A stretch of 59,172 nt of DNA from Patescibacteria group bacterium (GCA_018609195.1 JAHCSE010000006.1:1-59172); one strand, 5' to 3'; numbered from the stretch's first letter, positions 42,059 through 51,520 are shown. Notes: generated by a model from the sequence alone, not told the origin. A program made the numbers and translations.

Positions 42059-43453
42059 TTAGTCGATTGTAACAGGATAGTCTCCAGTAAAGCAACCCAT
42101 ACTAAGATCTTCTCTTTTGAAACCAGAAGCCTCAATCATTCTTTCCTGGCTTAGATGGGCTAACGTATCAGCTTGGATGTGTTTTCTCACTTCTTCAACT
42201 GATAAAGAAGCAGCAATAAGCTCTCCTCTCGTGGCCATGTCAATTCCTAAATGACAAGTAAAGCAAATAGGGGAAGAGCCAACTCTTAAATGGACTTCAA
42301 TAGCCCCCTCTTCTCTGAGCATAGCCACAATTGTTGGTGCAACATTCGCTCGAATAACTGAGTCTTCGATTAATACTACTCTTTTTCCATGAACAACCTT
42401 CCTTAGAGGACGGAATTTAAGCTCCTGAAGTGCAGCGCGATCGGTGTTTCTGGGAGTTAAGAATGTTCTCGTGGCAAAGTACCTATTGCGGAATATCCCC
42501 TCCTCCAAAGGGATTCCCGAAGCTTGAGAAAACCCGAGATCATAGTATCTCCCAGAATCAGGTACCGCAATAACAATAGTATTCTTCTCCTCATCAACTT
42601 CTACAGGATGATCCTCTGCCAGAAATTCTCCGGCTTTTCTTCGATAAAAATAGACCGGTTGACCATCAATGACGCTATCTGGCCTCGCAAAGTAAACGAG
42701 CTCGAAGATACAAAGTTGTAATTTAGGTTTAGGATCACTAGCCCAGATAAAAGGCCGATCTCCAAGCTGACTGTTTATCCCATTTTCGTCAAGGATAATT
42801 ATTTCTCCTGGTTGAATGTCAAAAAGGAGACGACCTTTAATCGTATGGAAAGCACAGCTTTCAGACGCCAAAATAAAACTTGATTCATTGTGGCCCAGGC
42901 AAAGGGGTCGAATACCGAATCTGTCCCGAACTCCGATCACTTTATTCTTGTAAAGAATCACTAAGGAAAAGGCTCCTTTGAGTTTTGGTAAAACATCGAG
43001 TAGAGCTTCTATAAAATCTTTCTTTTTCGAGACAGATAAAAGTCCAACGATTACTTCGGTATCAGAAGTAGTTTTGAACTGATATCCTTTCGATTCTGCT
43101 TCTTTTCTCGATTCTTCAAGGTCAACTAAGTTTCCATTATGGCCAAGCTGAAATGATTCGCCATGAAATTCTCCTTGGAAAGGTTGAATATTAACAAACA
43201 TTTCTTTTTCTGTAAGGTCACCAACTGTTGAATAGCGAGTATAGCCAATACCGAAGTTCCCTTCAGCTTCTTCTATGACTTCATCTGGGAAAACTTGAGT
43301 TACTAATCCCCTTCCTTTATGCACCCAGCAATGTTGGCCATTGGAAATAGCAATTCCGGCTCCTTGTTCTCCTCTATGTTGGAGTCCATAAAGCCCCAGG
43401 CGAATTTCTCTTGCCACGTTTCTGTTGCTTACTGCTCCGAGTATCCCGCACAT
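42059..43453 (-). CDS. purF: Amidophosphoribosyltransferase
   Basis: MCGILG N-terminal nucleophile, RYSTVG and the PRTase motif VVLIEDSVIRAN. AAGGAGGG SD upstream. Confidence 0.92.
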   Translation of the reverse strand: MCGILGAVSNRNVAREIRLGLYGLQHRGEQGAGIAISNGQHCWVHKGRGLVTQVFPDEVIEEAEGNFGIGYTRYSTVGDLTEKEMFVNIQPFQGEFHGESFQLGHNGNLVDLEESRKEAESKGYQFKTTSDTEVIVGLLSVSKKKDFIEALLDVLPKLKGAFSLVILYKNKVIGVRDRFGIRPLCLGHNESSFILASESCAFHTIKGRLLFDIQPGEIIILDENGINSQLGDRPFIWASDPKPKLQLCIFELVYFARPDSVIDGQPVYFYRRKAGEFLAEDHPVEVDEEKNTIVIAVPDSGRYYDLGFSQASGIPLEEGIFRNRYFATRTFLTPRNTDRAALQELKFRPLRKVVHGKRVVLIEDSVIRANVAPTIVAMLREEGAIEVHLRVGSSPICFTCHLGIDMATRGELIAASLSVEEVRKHIQADTLAHLSQERMIEASGFKREDLSMGCFTGDYPVTID

Positions 43454-43511
43454 TCTTTTCCCTCCTTGTTGTTAATGTGCTGACTTTTTTTATTTTATAC
43501 CATTTTCTTAA

Positions 43512-45002
43512 TTATTTTGGAAGAGGTCGAATATCAGCAAATTTCTGGAGTTCATGAATATTTCTAAATCCCTGTTTCTGAAAACTTTGCTTTACCCCAG
43601 CTATTAGCTTTGGTAAAAAATCATGGCCCGACCCCCGATAAGGAACTTTAATTACCTTGCCTTCCGGGACCTTTATCTTTGCTTTCTCGATTCCATACCT
43701 GAAAGCTCCCCTTTTCTCCATTGCCTCGAAAGATCCCATCCCCCGATATTTTTTAACCATTTTATCCTCAGTATAATCAAATTCTTTTTCTCCAGGAGAT
43801 TCCTCCAAACCTGCCAACAAAGAACCCATCATCGCTGTCTGAGCTCCTAAGGCTAAAGCCTTGGTAATGTCTCCAGGTCTTTCAATATCTTCTCTGGCTG
43901 CATCTGGAATCTCAATGCCGCCGTCTGCAATGATTGGGATTTTGCCATATTTGCTCTCTAATTCTTTTGCGGCCTCCGCACACTCCCAGACAGCAGAAGC
44001 CTGAACTCTGCCTGTCCCAAGTTCCTCTTGAGTAATACAAGCCGCTCCAGGCCCTATTCCTACCCTTAATCCATCACAATATTTTGCGCCCTCTTTAATT
44101 ACCCTCTTAACCATTTCAGCTGAATCTAAATTTCCTAAAACTATTTCCAGTTCTGGGAAATTTTCTTTTGCAAATTTCGCAATTTCAATCTGTTCTTTAA
44201 AAACAACTGAAGCATCAATGACAATTCCATCCACTCCTGCATCATAACCTCTTTTAATTCTCTCTTTAGCTAAATTTAATCTTGATTCCACCGCAATAAA
44301 CACTCTTAACTGTTTATTTTCATTTTTCGTTGCTAAGGGATACATTGTATTTTTTCTCATATCACTATCGGTGAGTAAAGCTACCACTTTTCCTTCTTCA
44401 TCGATGATGGGTAAGGTGTCGAGATTGTTTTCCCTTAAAATTTGGTTAGCTCGATGTAAATCGTTCTTATCTACGGTATCTTTTTTCTTGGCAACTATTA
44501 ATCTTTTCTTAGGGGTCATAACCTCTTTTAATTTTGTATCCATGTCTTCTCTGTATCTAACATCTCGACGGGTAACAATCCCTACTAATTTTGAATTTAA
44601 AGTACCATCTTCAGTAATAGGAAAGCTGAGAAAGCCATATCTTTTGGCCTGATTATAAACATCTCCGATAGTGTTTTGAAGAGATAAAACTATAGGCTTA
44701 AAAACAAAACCTGCTTCAAATCTTTTAACCTTTTCAATTTCTTCAATTTGTTCTTCAATTGTTGGGTAATTATAGTGAATGACTCCAATTCCCCCATATA
44801 AAGCCATCAAAATTGCCATTTCTGATCCACAAACAGTATCCATAGGGGAAGCAACAAAGGGGGTTTTGAGCGATGTATTTTTGGTAAAGGAAGTTGTCAA
44901 ATTAACTTCATCTCGCTCAAAACCAGGAAGTCGATTGAGAATTAAAGTAATATCTTTGTAGGAAAACTCTTTATTTATTAGATCTGGATGTAATTTTGCC
45001 AT
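43512..45002 (-). CDS. guaB: IMP dehydrogenase
   Basis: SPMDTV, CBS pair, GIGPGAACITQE (catalytic Cys loop) and GSLLAG. Confidence 0.93.
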   Translation of the reverse strand: MAKLHPDLINKEFSYKDITLILNRLPGFERDEVNLTTSFTKNTSLKTPFVASPMDTVCGSEMAILMALYGGIGVIHYNYPTIEEQIEEIEKVKRFEAGFVFKPIVLSLQNTIGDVYNQAKRYGFLSFPITEDGTLNSKLVGIVTRRDVRYREDMDTKLKEVMTPKKRLIVAKKKDTVDKNDLHRANQILRENNLDTLPIIDEEGKVVALLTDSDMRKNTMYPLATKNENKQLRVFIAVESRLNLAKERIKRGYDAGVDGIVIDASVVFKEQIEIAKFAKENFPELEIVLGNLDSAEMVKRVIKEGAKYCDGLRVGIGPGAACITQEELGTGRVQASAVWECAEAAKELESKYGKIPIIADGGIEIPDAAREDIERPGDITKALALGAQTAMMGSLLAGLEESPGEKEFDYTEDKMVKKYRGMGSFEAMEKRGAFRYGIEKAKIKVPEGKVIKVPYRGSGHDFLPKLIAGVKQSFQKQGFRNIHELQKFADIRPLPK

Positions 45003-45261
45003 GTCTCACAAATTTAATTCCTTCTTTCTTAAGTAAATAATTTTTTCTTTTCATACCTCGATTGTAACTGCCAATTTTCCCGTCTGATTTTATAACCCGG
45101 TGGCAGGGAATTTGAGGATCCCGATTTTTATTTAAAATATTCCCCACTGCGCGCCAGGCTGTGGGATGATTAATCTTCTCTGCTAATTCTTTATAACTCA
45201 TAACTTGTCCTTTTGGGATTTTCCTTACTTCCCGATAAACTTTTTTTTGAAAAGGAGCCAT
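44971..45261 (-). CDS. ogt: Methylated-DNA--protein-cysteine methyltransferase, DNA-binding/active-site domain only
   Basis: IPCHRVI active site, 96 aa. The 3' end overlaps the guaB start by 32 nt. Confidence 0.85.
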   Translation of the reverse strand: MAPFQKKVYREVRKIPKGQVMSYKELAEKINHPTAWRAVGNILNKNRDPQIPCHRVIKSDGKIGSYNRGMKRKNYLLKKEGIKFVRHGKITSRSNK

Positions 45262-45263
45262 AT

Positions 45264-46511
45264 TTAAATTAATTCTTGAAAAAGTTTTAAATAGTCTCGT
45301 AAGAGTCTGGGCATTAAAAATTTTTCTTTCACAGTTTGACGAGCAGCCAGGCCTAATTTTTTAGATAATTGAGGATTTTGCAAAAGTTGAACAATTCTTT
45401 TCGCTGCCTCTTCCGGGCTAGAGACCAAAAAACCATTTTTACCATTTTCAATTTGAATTTTAATTCCCCCAACTTTGCCCCCAATGACTGCTTTTCCCTT
45501 CCACATAGCTTCGGTCACGCTTAATCCAAAACCTTCTTTAGTAGATTTTTGCAAAATAACGTCAGAGCTTACCTGAAGAGCATTGATAAAAACATTAACT
45601 TTTAAACTTCCTAATTCTTGGGGTTGAGCAAAGAGAAAGATATTGGGATCTCCTTCGGCCCACTTTCTGACTTCTTTAAATATTTTCATTGCTTCTGGAT
45701 CATCTAAAGCTAAAAAAAGACCAGCCAAGGCTAATTGTAAATTAGGGATTTTCTTTTTGGCCACATAATAAGCACTAATTACTCCTAATGGGTCTTTCCA
45801 GGGATCAAAGCGGGAAACTTGGGAGATGAGAGGTTTTCTGGGATCAATTCCGAAATTCTCTAAAATTTTTTTAGCCGTCGCTAACCTGAGAGGTTGATTT
45901 TTATTACTGAGAGGATCGATAGCGGGAGGAAAAACAATAACTTTTTTCCGACGAAGAGTTTTCGCAACAAAATCTTTGGAACTAAAGATAATTTTATCGT
46001 ATCTTAAAAGGAAAGGTTCAAAAAAATGCCAGATTTCTTTATTAGGTTGCGAAGTATCAATGTGAATATGAGAAATTGAGGGATGGAAATTTGGTAAATA
46101 ATGGATAATGCCGACTGGTTGAGGATCATGTAAAACCCAAATATCAGATTTCATATCAAGCATTGCTTTAGCTGCTCTTTCCATATGATACTGATAAAGT
46201 CTTCTTGAATGAAAACTTAATGTATATTCTTTTCCTTGAAGAGCGTTGTGAATTTCTTTGGTTAAGCCAAAAAATTTTCGGCCAGGAGGTATTACATGCC
46301 AATGAGCTTCAAGCCCTATTCCTTTCATTAAAGGAACCAAACTTCTTAAAATTTCAGCCACTCCCCCACCTCGAGGAGTGGCATTTATCATAATAACTTT
46401 TAAGCCCTTTAAACTTTTAGCTAAGGTTTTAATTTCCTCTAAAAGCTGGCGGGGAATAATATCTTTATATTCTTCTATTTTTCGAACTGGAGTTCTGACG
46501 TAAGGTAACAT
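45264..46511 (-). CDS. GT4-family glycosyltransferase (trehalose-synthase-like)
   Basis: INATPRGGGVAEIL, QVSRFDPWKDPLGVI and EGFGLSVTEAMWKG. Confidence 0.8.
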   Translation of the reverse strand: MLPYVRTPVRKIEEYKDIIPRQLLEEIKTLAKSLKGLKVIMINATPRGGGVAEILRSLVPLMKGIGLEAHWHVIPPGRKFFGLTKEIHNALQGKEYTLSFHSRRLYQYHMERAAKAMLDMKSDIWVLHDPQPVGIIHYLPNFHPSISHIHIDTSQPNKEIWHFFEPFLLRYDKIIFSSKDFVAKTLRRKKVIVFPPAIDPLSNKNQPLRLATAKKILENFGIDPRKPLISQVSRFDPWKDPLGVISAYYVAKKKIPNLQLALAGLFLALDDPEAMKIFKEVRKWAEGDPNIFLFAQPQELGSLKVNVFINALQVSSDVILQKSTKEGFGLSVTEAMWKGKAVIGGKVGGIKIQIENGKNGFLVSSPEEAAKRIVQLLQNPQLSKKLGLAARQTVKEKFLMPRLLRDYLKLFQELI

Positions 46512-46516
46512 GTTTT

Positions 46517-46951
46517 TTATTTTTTACTTTCCGAAAATTGGTGAGCTTTTATTAAAATATCTTTTGCGTTTTGAAATGTTAATTGCCTCAAGGCTTCTTC
46601 ATAAGGCAGCCATTTATAGTCAATATGTTCAAAGGAAATTTTCACATCTTTTGTTTTAGCTCTTGCTAAATAAAAGGTAACTGTTTTGAAAATGGTTTTT
46701 CCTTTAAATTTAAAAAAATATTTAATATGTTCTTTAAACCCCTCAATAATTTCAATGTCTTCTAATCCGGTTTCTTCTGCCACCTCTCTTTTTACCGTAT
46801 CGATTTCTTTCTCTCCTTTTTCAATGTGACCTTTGGGTAAATCCCAATACTCCTTGGTAGCTTTTGCTCCTGGTGGATAATGCAATAATAAGTATTCTAT
46901 CTTTTGGTTATCATAAAAGATAAGAGCACCAGCTGATTTTTCTAAAGGCAT
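46517..46951 (-). CDS. NUDIX hydrolase
   Basis: Canonical NUDIX box GHIEKGEKEIDTVKREVAEETGL. Confidence 0.88.
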   Translation of the reverse strand: MPLEKSAGALIFYDNQKIEYLLLHYPPGAKATKEYWDLPKGHIEKGEKEIDTVKREVAEETGLEDIEIIEGFKEHIKYFFKFKGKTIFKTVTFYLARAKTKDVKISFEHIDYKWLPYEEALRQLTFQNAKDILIKAHQFSESKK

Positions 46952-46952
46952 A

Positions 46953-47261
46953 CCCCGTAGGAAATAAAGTATTTTCCGTTATTATATTGAACGACCTTTG
47001 AAATAATGTTTTAACCTGTCTTTAATAAATCTTTTCCCAATTCCAGTTTTAAGATATTTTTCCCTTTGTTTGGCATCTTCTTTATGCAAACAAACTTCAA
47101 GATAAATTAATCTAAGCGGTCTTCTTGATTTGGTAGAAAATACTTTACCTAAATTATGTTTTAAGATTCTTTTTCGAAGGTCTTCAGCAAAACCTGTATA
47201 CAATTTACCGTCTTTTAGGCTCTGGAGAATATATACGTAAAACATAATATTTTCTACGGGG
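46953..47261 (-). mobile_element. GIY-YIG cassette bounded by CCCCGTAG-type inverted repeats and flanked by CATA/CATA
   Basis: Left end CCCCGTAGGAAATA (46953-66) and right end TATTTTCTACGGGG (47248-61); arms match at about 20 of 26 positions. 4-bp direct repeat at 46949-52 and 47262-65. Lies between two otherwise abutting genes. Confidence 0.6.
46982..47245 (-). CDS. GIY-YIG nuclease-domain protein (YhbQ/UPF0213-like, 87 aa)
   Basis: MFYVYILQSLKDGKLYTGFAEDLRKRILKHN and REKYLK. Confidence 0.85.
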   Translation of the reverse strand: MFYVYILQSLKDGKLYTGFAEDLRKRILKHNLGKVFSTKSRRPLRLIYLEVCLHKEDAKQREKYLKTGIGKRFIKDRLKHYFKGRSI

Positions 47262-47271
47262 CATAAATATT

Positions 47272-48531
47272 TTAATTTCTAGAAGATCTTTTGATTACTT
47301 TATTTTCTGGAATATTTTTATGTACCATTGTCCCAGGATAAATTATGCTATTTGAACCAACCAGTACACCTGGCATGGTGCCAGATTGTATCCCAATTGA
47401 TACATTATGGCCAATTATTGCACCGAGGCTAGAGTTGCCAGTAGGAATTTTTTCTTTCTTCAAATATACTGAGATCTCGCCTCTATCAAAACGTCTATTA
47501 GCTGTGACAAACCCTGCTCCAATTTTTGTATTCTCGCCTACGATGCTATTACCTACAAAACCAGAATGAAGCGAAGAATTTTTCATAAAAAGCGAGTTTT
47601 TTACTTCACTCATCGATCCGATCTTCACTCCCTCTTCTAAAAAGGTATTCTCACGAATTAGAGTATTGTTGCCAACAAATGCATTTTTCCCTACATAGAC
47701 GGGGCCTTTCAAAACAGCACCTTCTGAAATGTAAGCTCCTTCCTCAAGGGTAACTGGTCCCTGAATAATGGCATGAAGTCTAACTTTAGCTTTAGGAGAA
47801 ATAAAAGATTTCATTCGAGATGCCAAAAATTCTTTCAGACGAAAGAGGTCCCAGGAATATTTCAGGGAGAAAGTTTCTTTTTCAGATATAATTATTCTCA
47901 CGTCGTTATTTTCCAAATAAAGTTGGAGAGTATCTTCAAAATCATAAATGTGTTTTTTTATTTTTTTATAATATTGAAAAAAATCTCTTGGAAGTAAATA
48001 TATTCCTTTTAGTCCTATATTAGACAGTTCTTTTTCTTTTTTAGGTTGTTCAGTAAGTTTTATAACCTTATCTTTAATTTTTTTATCCAGTTCGACAATT
48101 CCATATTTCCAGGGTTTATCAACTTTTCCTCCAAGCAAGATTAATTCTGTTCTCGTCTTTTTTTGTTTTTCTATTATAGGTTTTACAAATTCATTAATAT
48201 CAAAGTGATGAGCATGCATTACAAAAAAATTATCCCGAATCAGATTTTTAACTTGCGACACTGCGTTTCCCATTCCTTTAGGTTTTAGCTGAATTACATA
48301 TTTTATTTTTAAATTTGGGGATTTGTAATTTTTAAGAGTTGCTTCGATATCTTTTTGAGGTCCTTGAATAATTATCAAGTCTTTTATCCCTGCCTGATTT
48401 AAACTCTCTAAAGTATACCAAATCAAAGGTCTCCCCATTATTTTAATGAGACTTTTATGTTTTTGATTGAGTGGCCAGAAACGAGAGGAGTGACCTGCAG
48501 CTAAAATGACAGCTTGAGGTAATTTTTTCAT
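47272..48531 (-). CDS. Sugar-phosphate nucleotidyltransferase with C-terminal left-handed beta-helix domain
   Basis: AVILAAGHSSRFWPL (NTP-transferase G-rich loop) and hexapeptide repeats in the C-terminal third. Confidence 0.82.
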   Translation of the reverse strand: MKKLPQAVILAAGHSSRFWPLNQKHKSLIKIMGRPLIWYTLESLNQAGIKDLIIIQGPQKDIEATLKNYKSPNLKIKYVIQLKPKGMGNAVSQVKNLIRDNFFVMHAHHFDINEFVKPIIEKQKKTRTELILLGGKVDKPWKYGIVELDKKIKDKVIKLTEQPKKEKELSNIGLKGIYLLPRDFFQYYKKIKKHIYDFEDTLQLYLENNDVRIIISEKETFSLKYSWDLFRLKEFLASRMKSFISPKAKVRLHAIIQGPVTLEEGAYISEGAVLKGPVYVGKNAFVGNNTLIRENTFLEEGVKIGSMSEVKNSLFMKNSSLHSGFVGNSIVGENTKIGAGFVTANRRFDRGEISVYLKKEKIPTGNSSLGAIIGHNVSIGIQSGTMPGVLVGSNSIIYPGTMVHKNIPENKVIKRSSRN

Positions 48532-48535
48532 ATTT

Positions 48536-48631
48536 CTATTTAAAAAAATTAAGAAGTTTATCTAATGGTTGAGTATTAACAATATCTTTCTTTTCAGCCC
48601 AGCCCCTTCGTGCTTGGGCAATTCCCTATTC
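48536..48631 (-). pseudogene. Displaced second copy of the last ~31 codons of polX (GIAQARRGWAEKKDIVNTQPLDKLLNFFK*)
   Basis: Matches the real polX C-terminus at about 23 of 29 aa (by eye). Begins with the same GAATA(G/T)GGAATTGCC and ends 4 nt before the next gene's ATG. Confidence 0.7.
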
Positions 48632-48736
48632 GTCGCTTCGCTCTTTAGAAACCCACGGTTTCTAACGTTTTCGCCTTTGGCGAAAGCCTGTTTTCCTACA
48701 CGGGAGGATACCCAATCCTCCCGACCCCTCCTGTGA
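48632..48736. repeat. Three consecutive GC-rich hairpins between the two polX 3'-end copies
   Basis: TTAGAAACC/GGTTTCTAA, TTTCGCC/GGCGAAA (contains cgcctttggcg) and CGGGAGGAT/ATCCTCCCG. Confidence 0.65.
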
Positions 48737-48750
48737 GAATATGGAATTGC

Positions 48751-50469
48751 CTACTTGAAATATTCTAGGAGTTTACCTAAAGGTTGAGTGTTAATTATAT
48801 CTGTTTTTTTGGCCCATCCTCGTCTAGCCTGGGCAATTCCATATTCTAAATACTTGATATGTAAAATGCTATGGGCATCAGAATCAATAGCTAATTTTAC
48901 CCCAGCTTCCACGCATTTTCTAATATGCTCATCTTTTAAGTCAAGTCGGTTGGGATAGGCATTAGCTTCAAGCACCGTTCTAGTTTTTTTAGCAACTTTT
49001 ATAATTTGGTCAATATCCAGGTCATAAGCTTTTCTTTTATTGATTATTCTCCCGGTAGGATGAAAAATAATATCTACATTTGGGTTCTCCATGGCTCTCA
49101 TTACACGTTTGGTCATATCTTCTCGAGATAGATTAAAATGGGAGTGGACTGAAGCCCCAACCACATCAAGTTTTGCCAAAACCTCATCTTTAATATCCAA
49201 ACTTCCATCTTTTAGAATATTGACTTCTGCCCCTTTTAATATTTTAAATTTCTTTTTTTTGAACTTTGGATTCAACTTATCAATGTAGGTCATCTGCCGC
49301 AATAACTTTTTCTCATCGCATCCTCCGGTCATTGCCAAGGACTTGGTATGATCAGTAATGACAATATATTCCAGACCCAGTTTCTGAGCTTCTCTGGCCA
49401 TCTCTTCTATTGAATTCGCTCCGTCAGTCCACTTTGTCTGGATTTGAAGATCACCTCTCAAATCTCCATAATTGATAAGTTTGGGAAGCGCTTTTTTTTG
49501 AGCAGCTGTTATTTCTCCGGAATTAGTTCTCATTTCAGGTGGTATCCAATCCATCCCTAAAACTTTATAAACCTCAGCTTCACTCTTACCCGCGATCTGT
49601 TTTTTCCCCTTAAAAACACCGTATTCATTTAGTTTATATCCTTTCTTTATAGCAATTCGCCGGAGAGCAATATTATGATATTTATTCCCGGTAAAGTACT
49701 GCATAGCAGATCCAAAAGACTTCTCTGGCACTACCCGTAAATCCAAATCCATACCATTTTTAAGCTTTACTGAGGATTTCGTATGACCCTTGCCATAGAT
49801 ATGGATTACTTCAGGAAGGGAAACAAAAAAATCCATAACTTTCTGCGGTTTATCTGAAACAATCTGGATATCACCATCCCCAACGGTCTCTTTCCAACGT
49901 CTTATGGAACCTGCCAAAGCAATTTTTTTGACTTCCTTTAATTTTGAAAGCCTAGCCTCTATTTCTCGAACCAAAGGTAAAATATTCCCTAATAAAAAAC
50001 GGCCCCGGGACAATTTTAAAAACTCAATGCCTTTTAAGATATTCTCTTCAGTCTTTTCTTTAAAACCTTCCAGCTTTCTGATTTTCCCAGCTTTAGCTGC
50101 CTTTTCTAAATCGCTCACATTTTTAATACCCAATTTTTGGTAAAATACCTTGACCATCTTTGGTCCCACGCCCTCAATTGCCGTTAAACTTTCAATATCA
50201 ACTGGCATTTCTTTTCTCAACCTTTCATAATCTTTCACGCGACCTGTTCTTAAATATTCTTCAATCCTCTCTGCAATTCCCTTTCCTATGCCAGGTATTT
50301 CTTCCAAGGCTTTCATCCCTCCTCTCTTATAAATATCATTGATATCTTCTTCTAAGGCTTCCACTGAATGAGCAGCTTTGTCATAAGCCCTTGGTTTAAA
50401 AGGGACATCCTTCATTTCTAAATATTGAGCCACCTCATATAGGATTTTTGCTATTTCCTGATTTTTCAT
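48751..50469 (-). CDS. polX: Family X DNA polymerase with C-terminal PHP domain
   Basis: HhH motifs (IPGIGKGIA, IEGVGPK), GSIRRWKETVGDGDI and PHP motifs ITDHT, HSH, DSDAH. Confidence 0.92.
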   Translation of the reverse strand: MKNQEIAKILYEVAQYLEMKDVPFKPRAYDKAAHSVEALEEDINDIYKRGGMKALEEIPGIGKGIAERIEEYLRTGRVKDYERLRKEMPVDIESLTAIEGVGPKMVKVFYQKLGIKNVSDLEKAAKAGKIRKLEGFKEKTEENILKGIEFLKLSRGRFLLGNILPLVREIEARLSKLKEVKKIALAGSIRRWKETVGDGDIQIVSDKPQKVMDFFVSLPEVIHIYGKGHTKSSVKLKNGMDLDLRVVPEKSFGSAMQYFTGNKYHNIALRRIAIKKGYKLNEYGVFKGKKQIAGKSEAEVYKVLGMDWIPPEMRTNSGEITAAQKKALPKLINYGDLRGDLQIQTKWTDGANSIEEMAREAQKLGLEYIVITDHTKSLAMTGGCDEKKLLRQMTYIDKLNPKFKKKKFKILKGAEVNILKDGSLDIKDEVLAKLDVVGASVHSHFNLSREDMTKRVMRAMENPNVDIIFHPTGRIINKRKAYDLDIDQIIKVAKKTRTVLEANAYPNRLDLKDEHIRKCVEAGVKLAIDSDAHSILHIKYLEYGIAQARRGWAKKTDIINTQPLGKLLEYFK

Positions 50470-50481
50470 CTCTTTAACTCG

Positions 50482-51096
50482 TTAATGGGGTTTTACAACA
50501 GGGAAGATTTTATCTTTAGGAAGTAAATCTTTAGCAATCAATAAAAATAAAAAAGTAGCTGCTATTCCTAAAATACTCACTCCGATAAAAAGAGGGGTGA
50601 AACCAAAATTTTTAGCTACTATCCCGCCAATGATTCCTGCTACTCCTATCCCAATACCTAAAGCAGAGCTTTCAATTCCCCAGGTCATAGCTTCTTTTCC
50701 TTTGTCAATATGCCTGGTGAATATTCCACCCCAAGAAGGGATAGCCATTGCCATTCCCAGAGCATGAATTCCTTGAAGAGCATACATATGCCAGGGCAAA
50801 GTGGCAAAAATAAACCCAATTGGAGTTAAGGAGGCCAGTCCTGTCCCAAAAATTAAAAAATAATAATCATCTTTCTCTCCCGAGGTCTTATCCAAATATC
50901 TGCCGATCGGAATTTGAATTAAAGATTTTAAAATCCAATAAATACCAATAGCGATACCTACCACTCTCACGTCTCCTCCTTGAATTTTATCAACAATAAA
51001 AATGGCTAAGATAGGAATGATCAGGCCCCAGCCAGCCATTAAAACAAAATCAGAAAAAATCAAAATCCTGATCACTTTATTGATTAATGGGAACAT
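50482..51096 (-). CDS. Half-size (6-TM) MFS-like membrane protein
   Basis: Six hydrophobic helices and the loop GRYLDKTSGEKDD, resembling MFS motif A. Only 204 aa. Confidence 0.55.
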   Translation of the reverse strand: MFPLINKVIRILIFSDFVLMAGWGLIIPILAIFIVDKIQGGDVRVVGIAIGIYWILKSLIQIPIGRYLDKTSGEKDDYYFLIFGTGLASLTPIGFIFATLPWHMYALQGIHALGMAMAIPSWGGIFTRHIDKGKEAMTWGIESSALGIGIGVAGIIGGIVAKNFGFTPLFIGVSILGIAATFLFLLIAKDLLPKDKIFPVVKPH

Positions 51097-51504
51097 CTAA
51101 AGAGTTTTAATTATTTTTATTCTAACTTCCCTTTCCCTTGTTCTTGTATCAAAGTCAATTAAAACAATTTGCTGCCAGGTACCTAAAACTAATTTTCCAC
51201 CTTCAATGGGAACTGTTAAAAAAGGTTTGATCAAAGCTGACCTTATATGAGACTGGGCATTTTTTTCTCCCAAAGTTTGGTCATGCCGGTAAGATTTATT
51301 AGAAGGAACAAGCTTTTCCAGAAATTCTTTAAAATCTTCAAGTAAACCAGGTTCATATTCAATGGTAGTTATACCAGTCGTAGATCCTGGGCAGGAAATT
51401 AAACAACTCCCTTCTTTTATTTTTGATTTTTCTACAGCTTGCGAGACTCGATCAGTAATATCAATAATATCATTGAATCCTTGAGTGGAAATTTTGAAGC
51501 GCAT
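51097..51504 (-). CDS. yjbQ: YjbQ/UPF0047 family protein
   Basis: ITDRV, GITTIEYEPGL, HIRSAL and LGTWQQIVLIDFD. Confidence 0.85.
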   Translation of the reverse strand: MRFKISTQGFNDIIDITDRVSQAVEKSKIKEGSCLISCPGSTTGITTIEYEPGLLEDFKEFLEKLVPSNKSYRHDQTLGEKNAQSHIRSALIKPFLTVPIEGGKLVLGTWQQIVLIDFDTRTREREVRIKIIKTL

Positions 51505-51520
51505 ACTATTTCAGTTTACC

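Noticed and set aside
44971-45002. The 32-nt overlap between ogt and guaB as a possible frameshift or fusion.
   Set aside because: Both proteins are complete in their own frames. guaB begins with a typical N-terminus and ogt retains its PCHRVI domain, so a simple overlap is sufficient.
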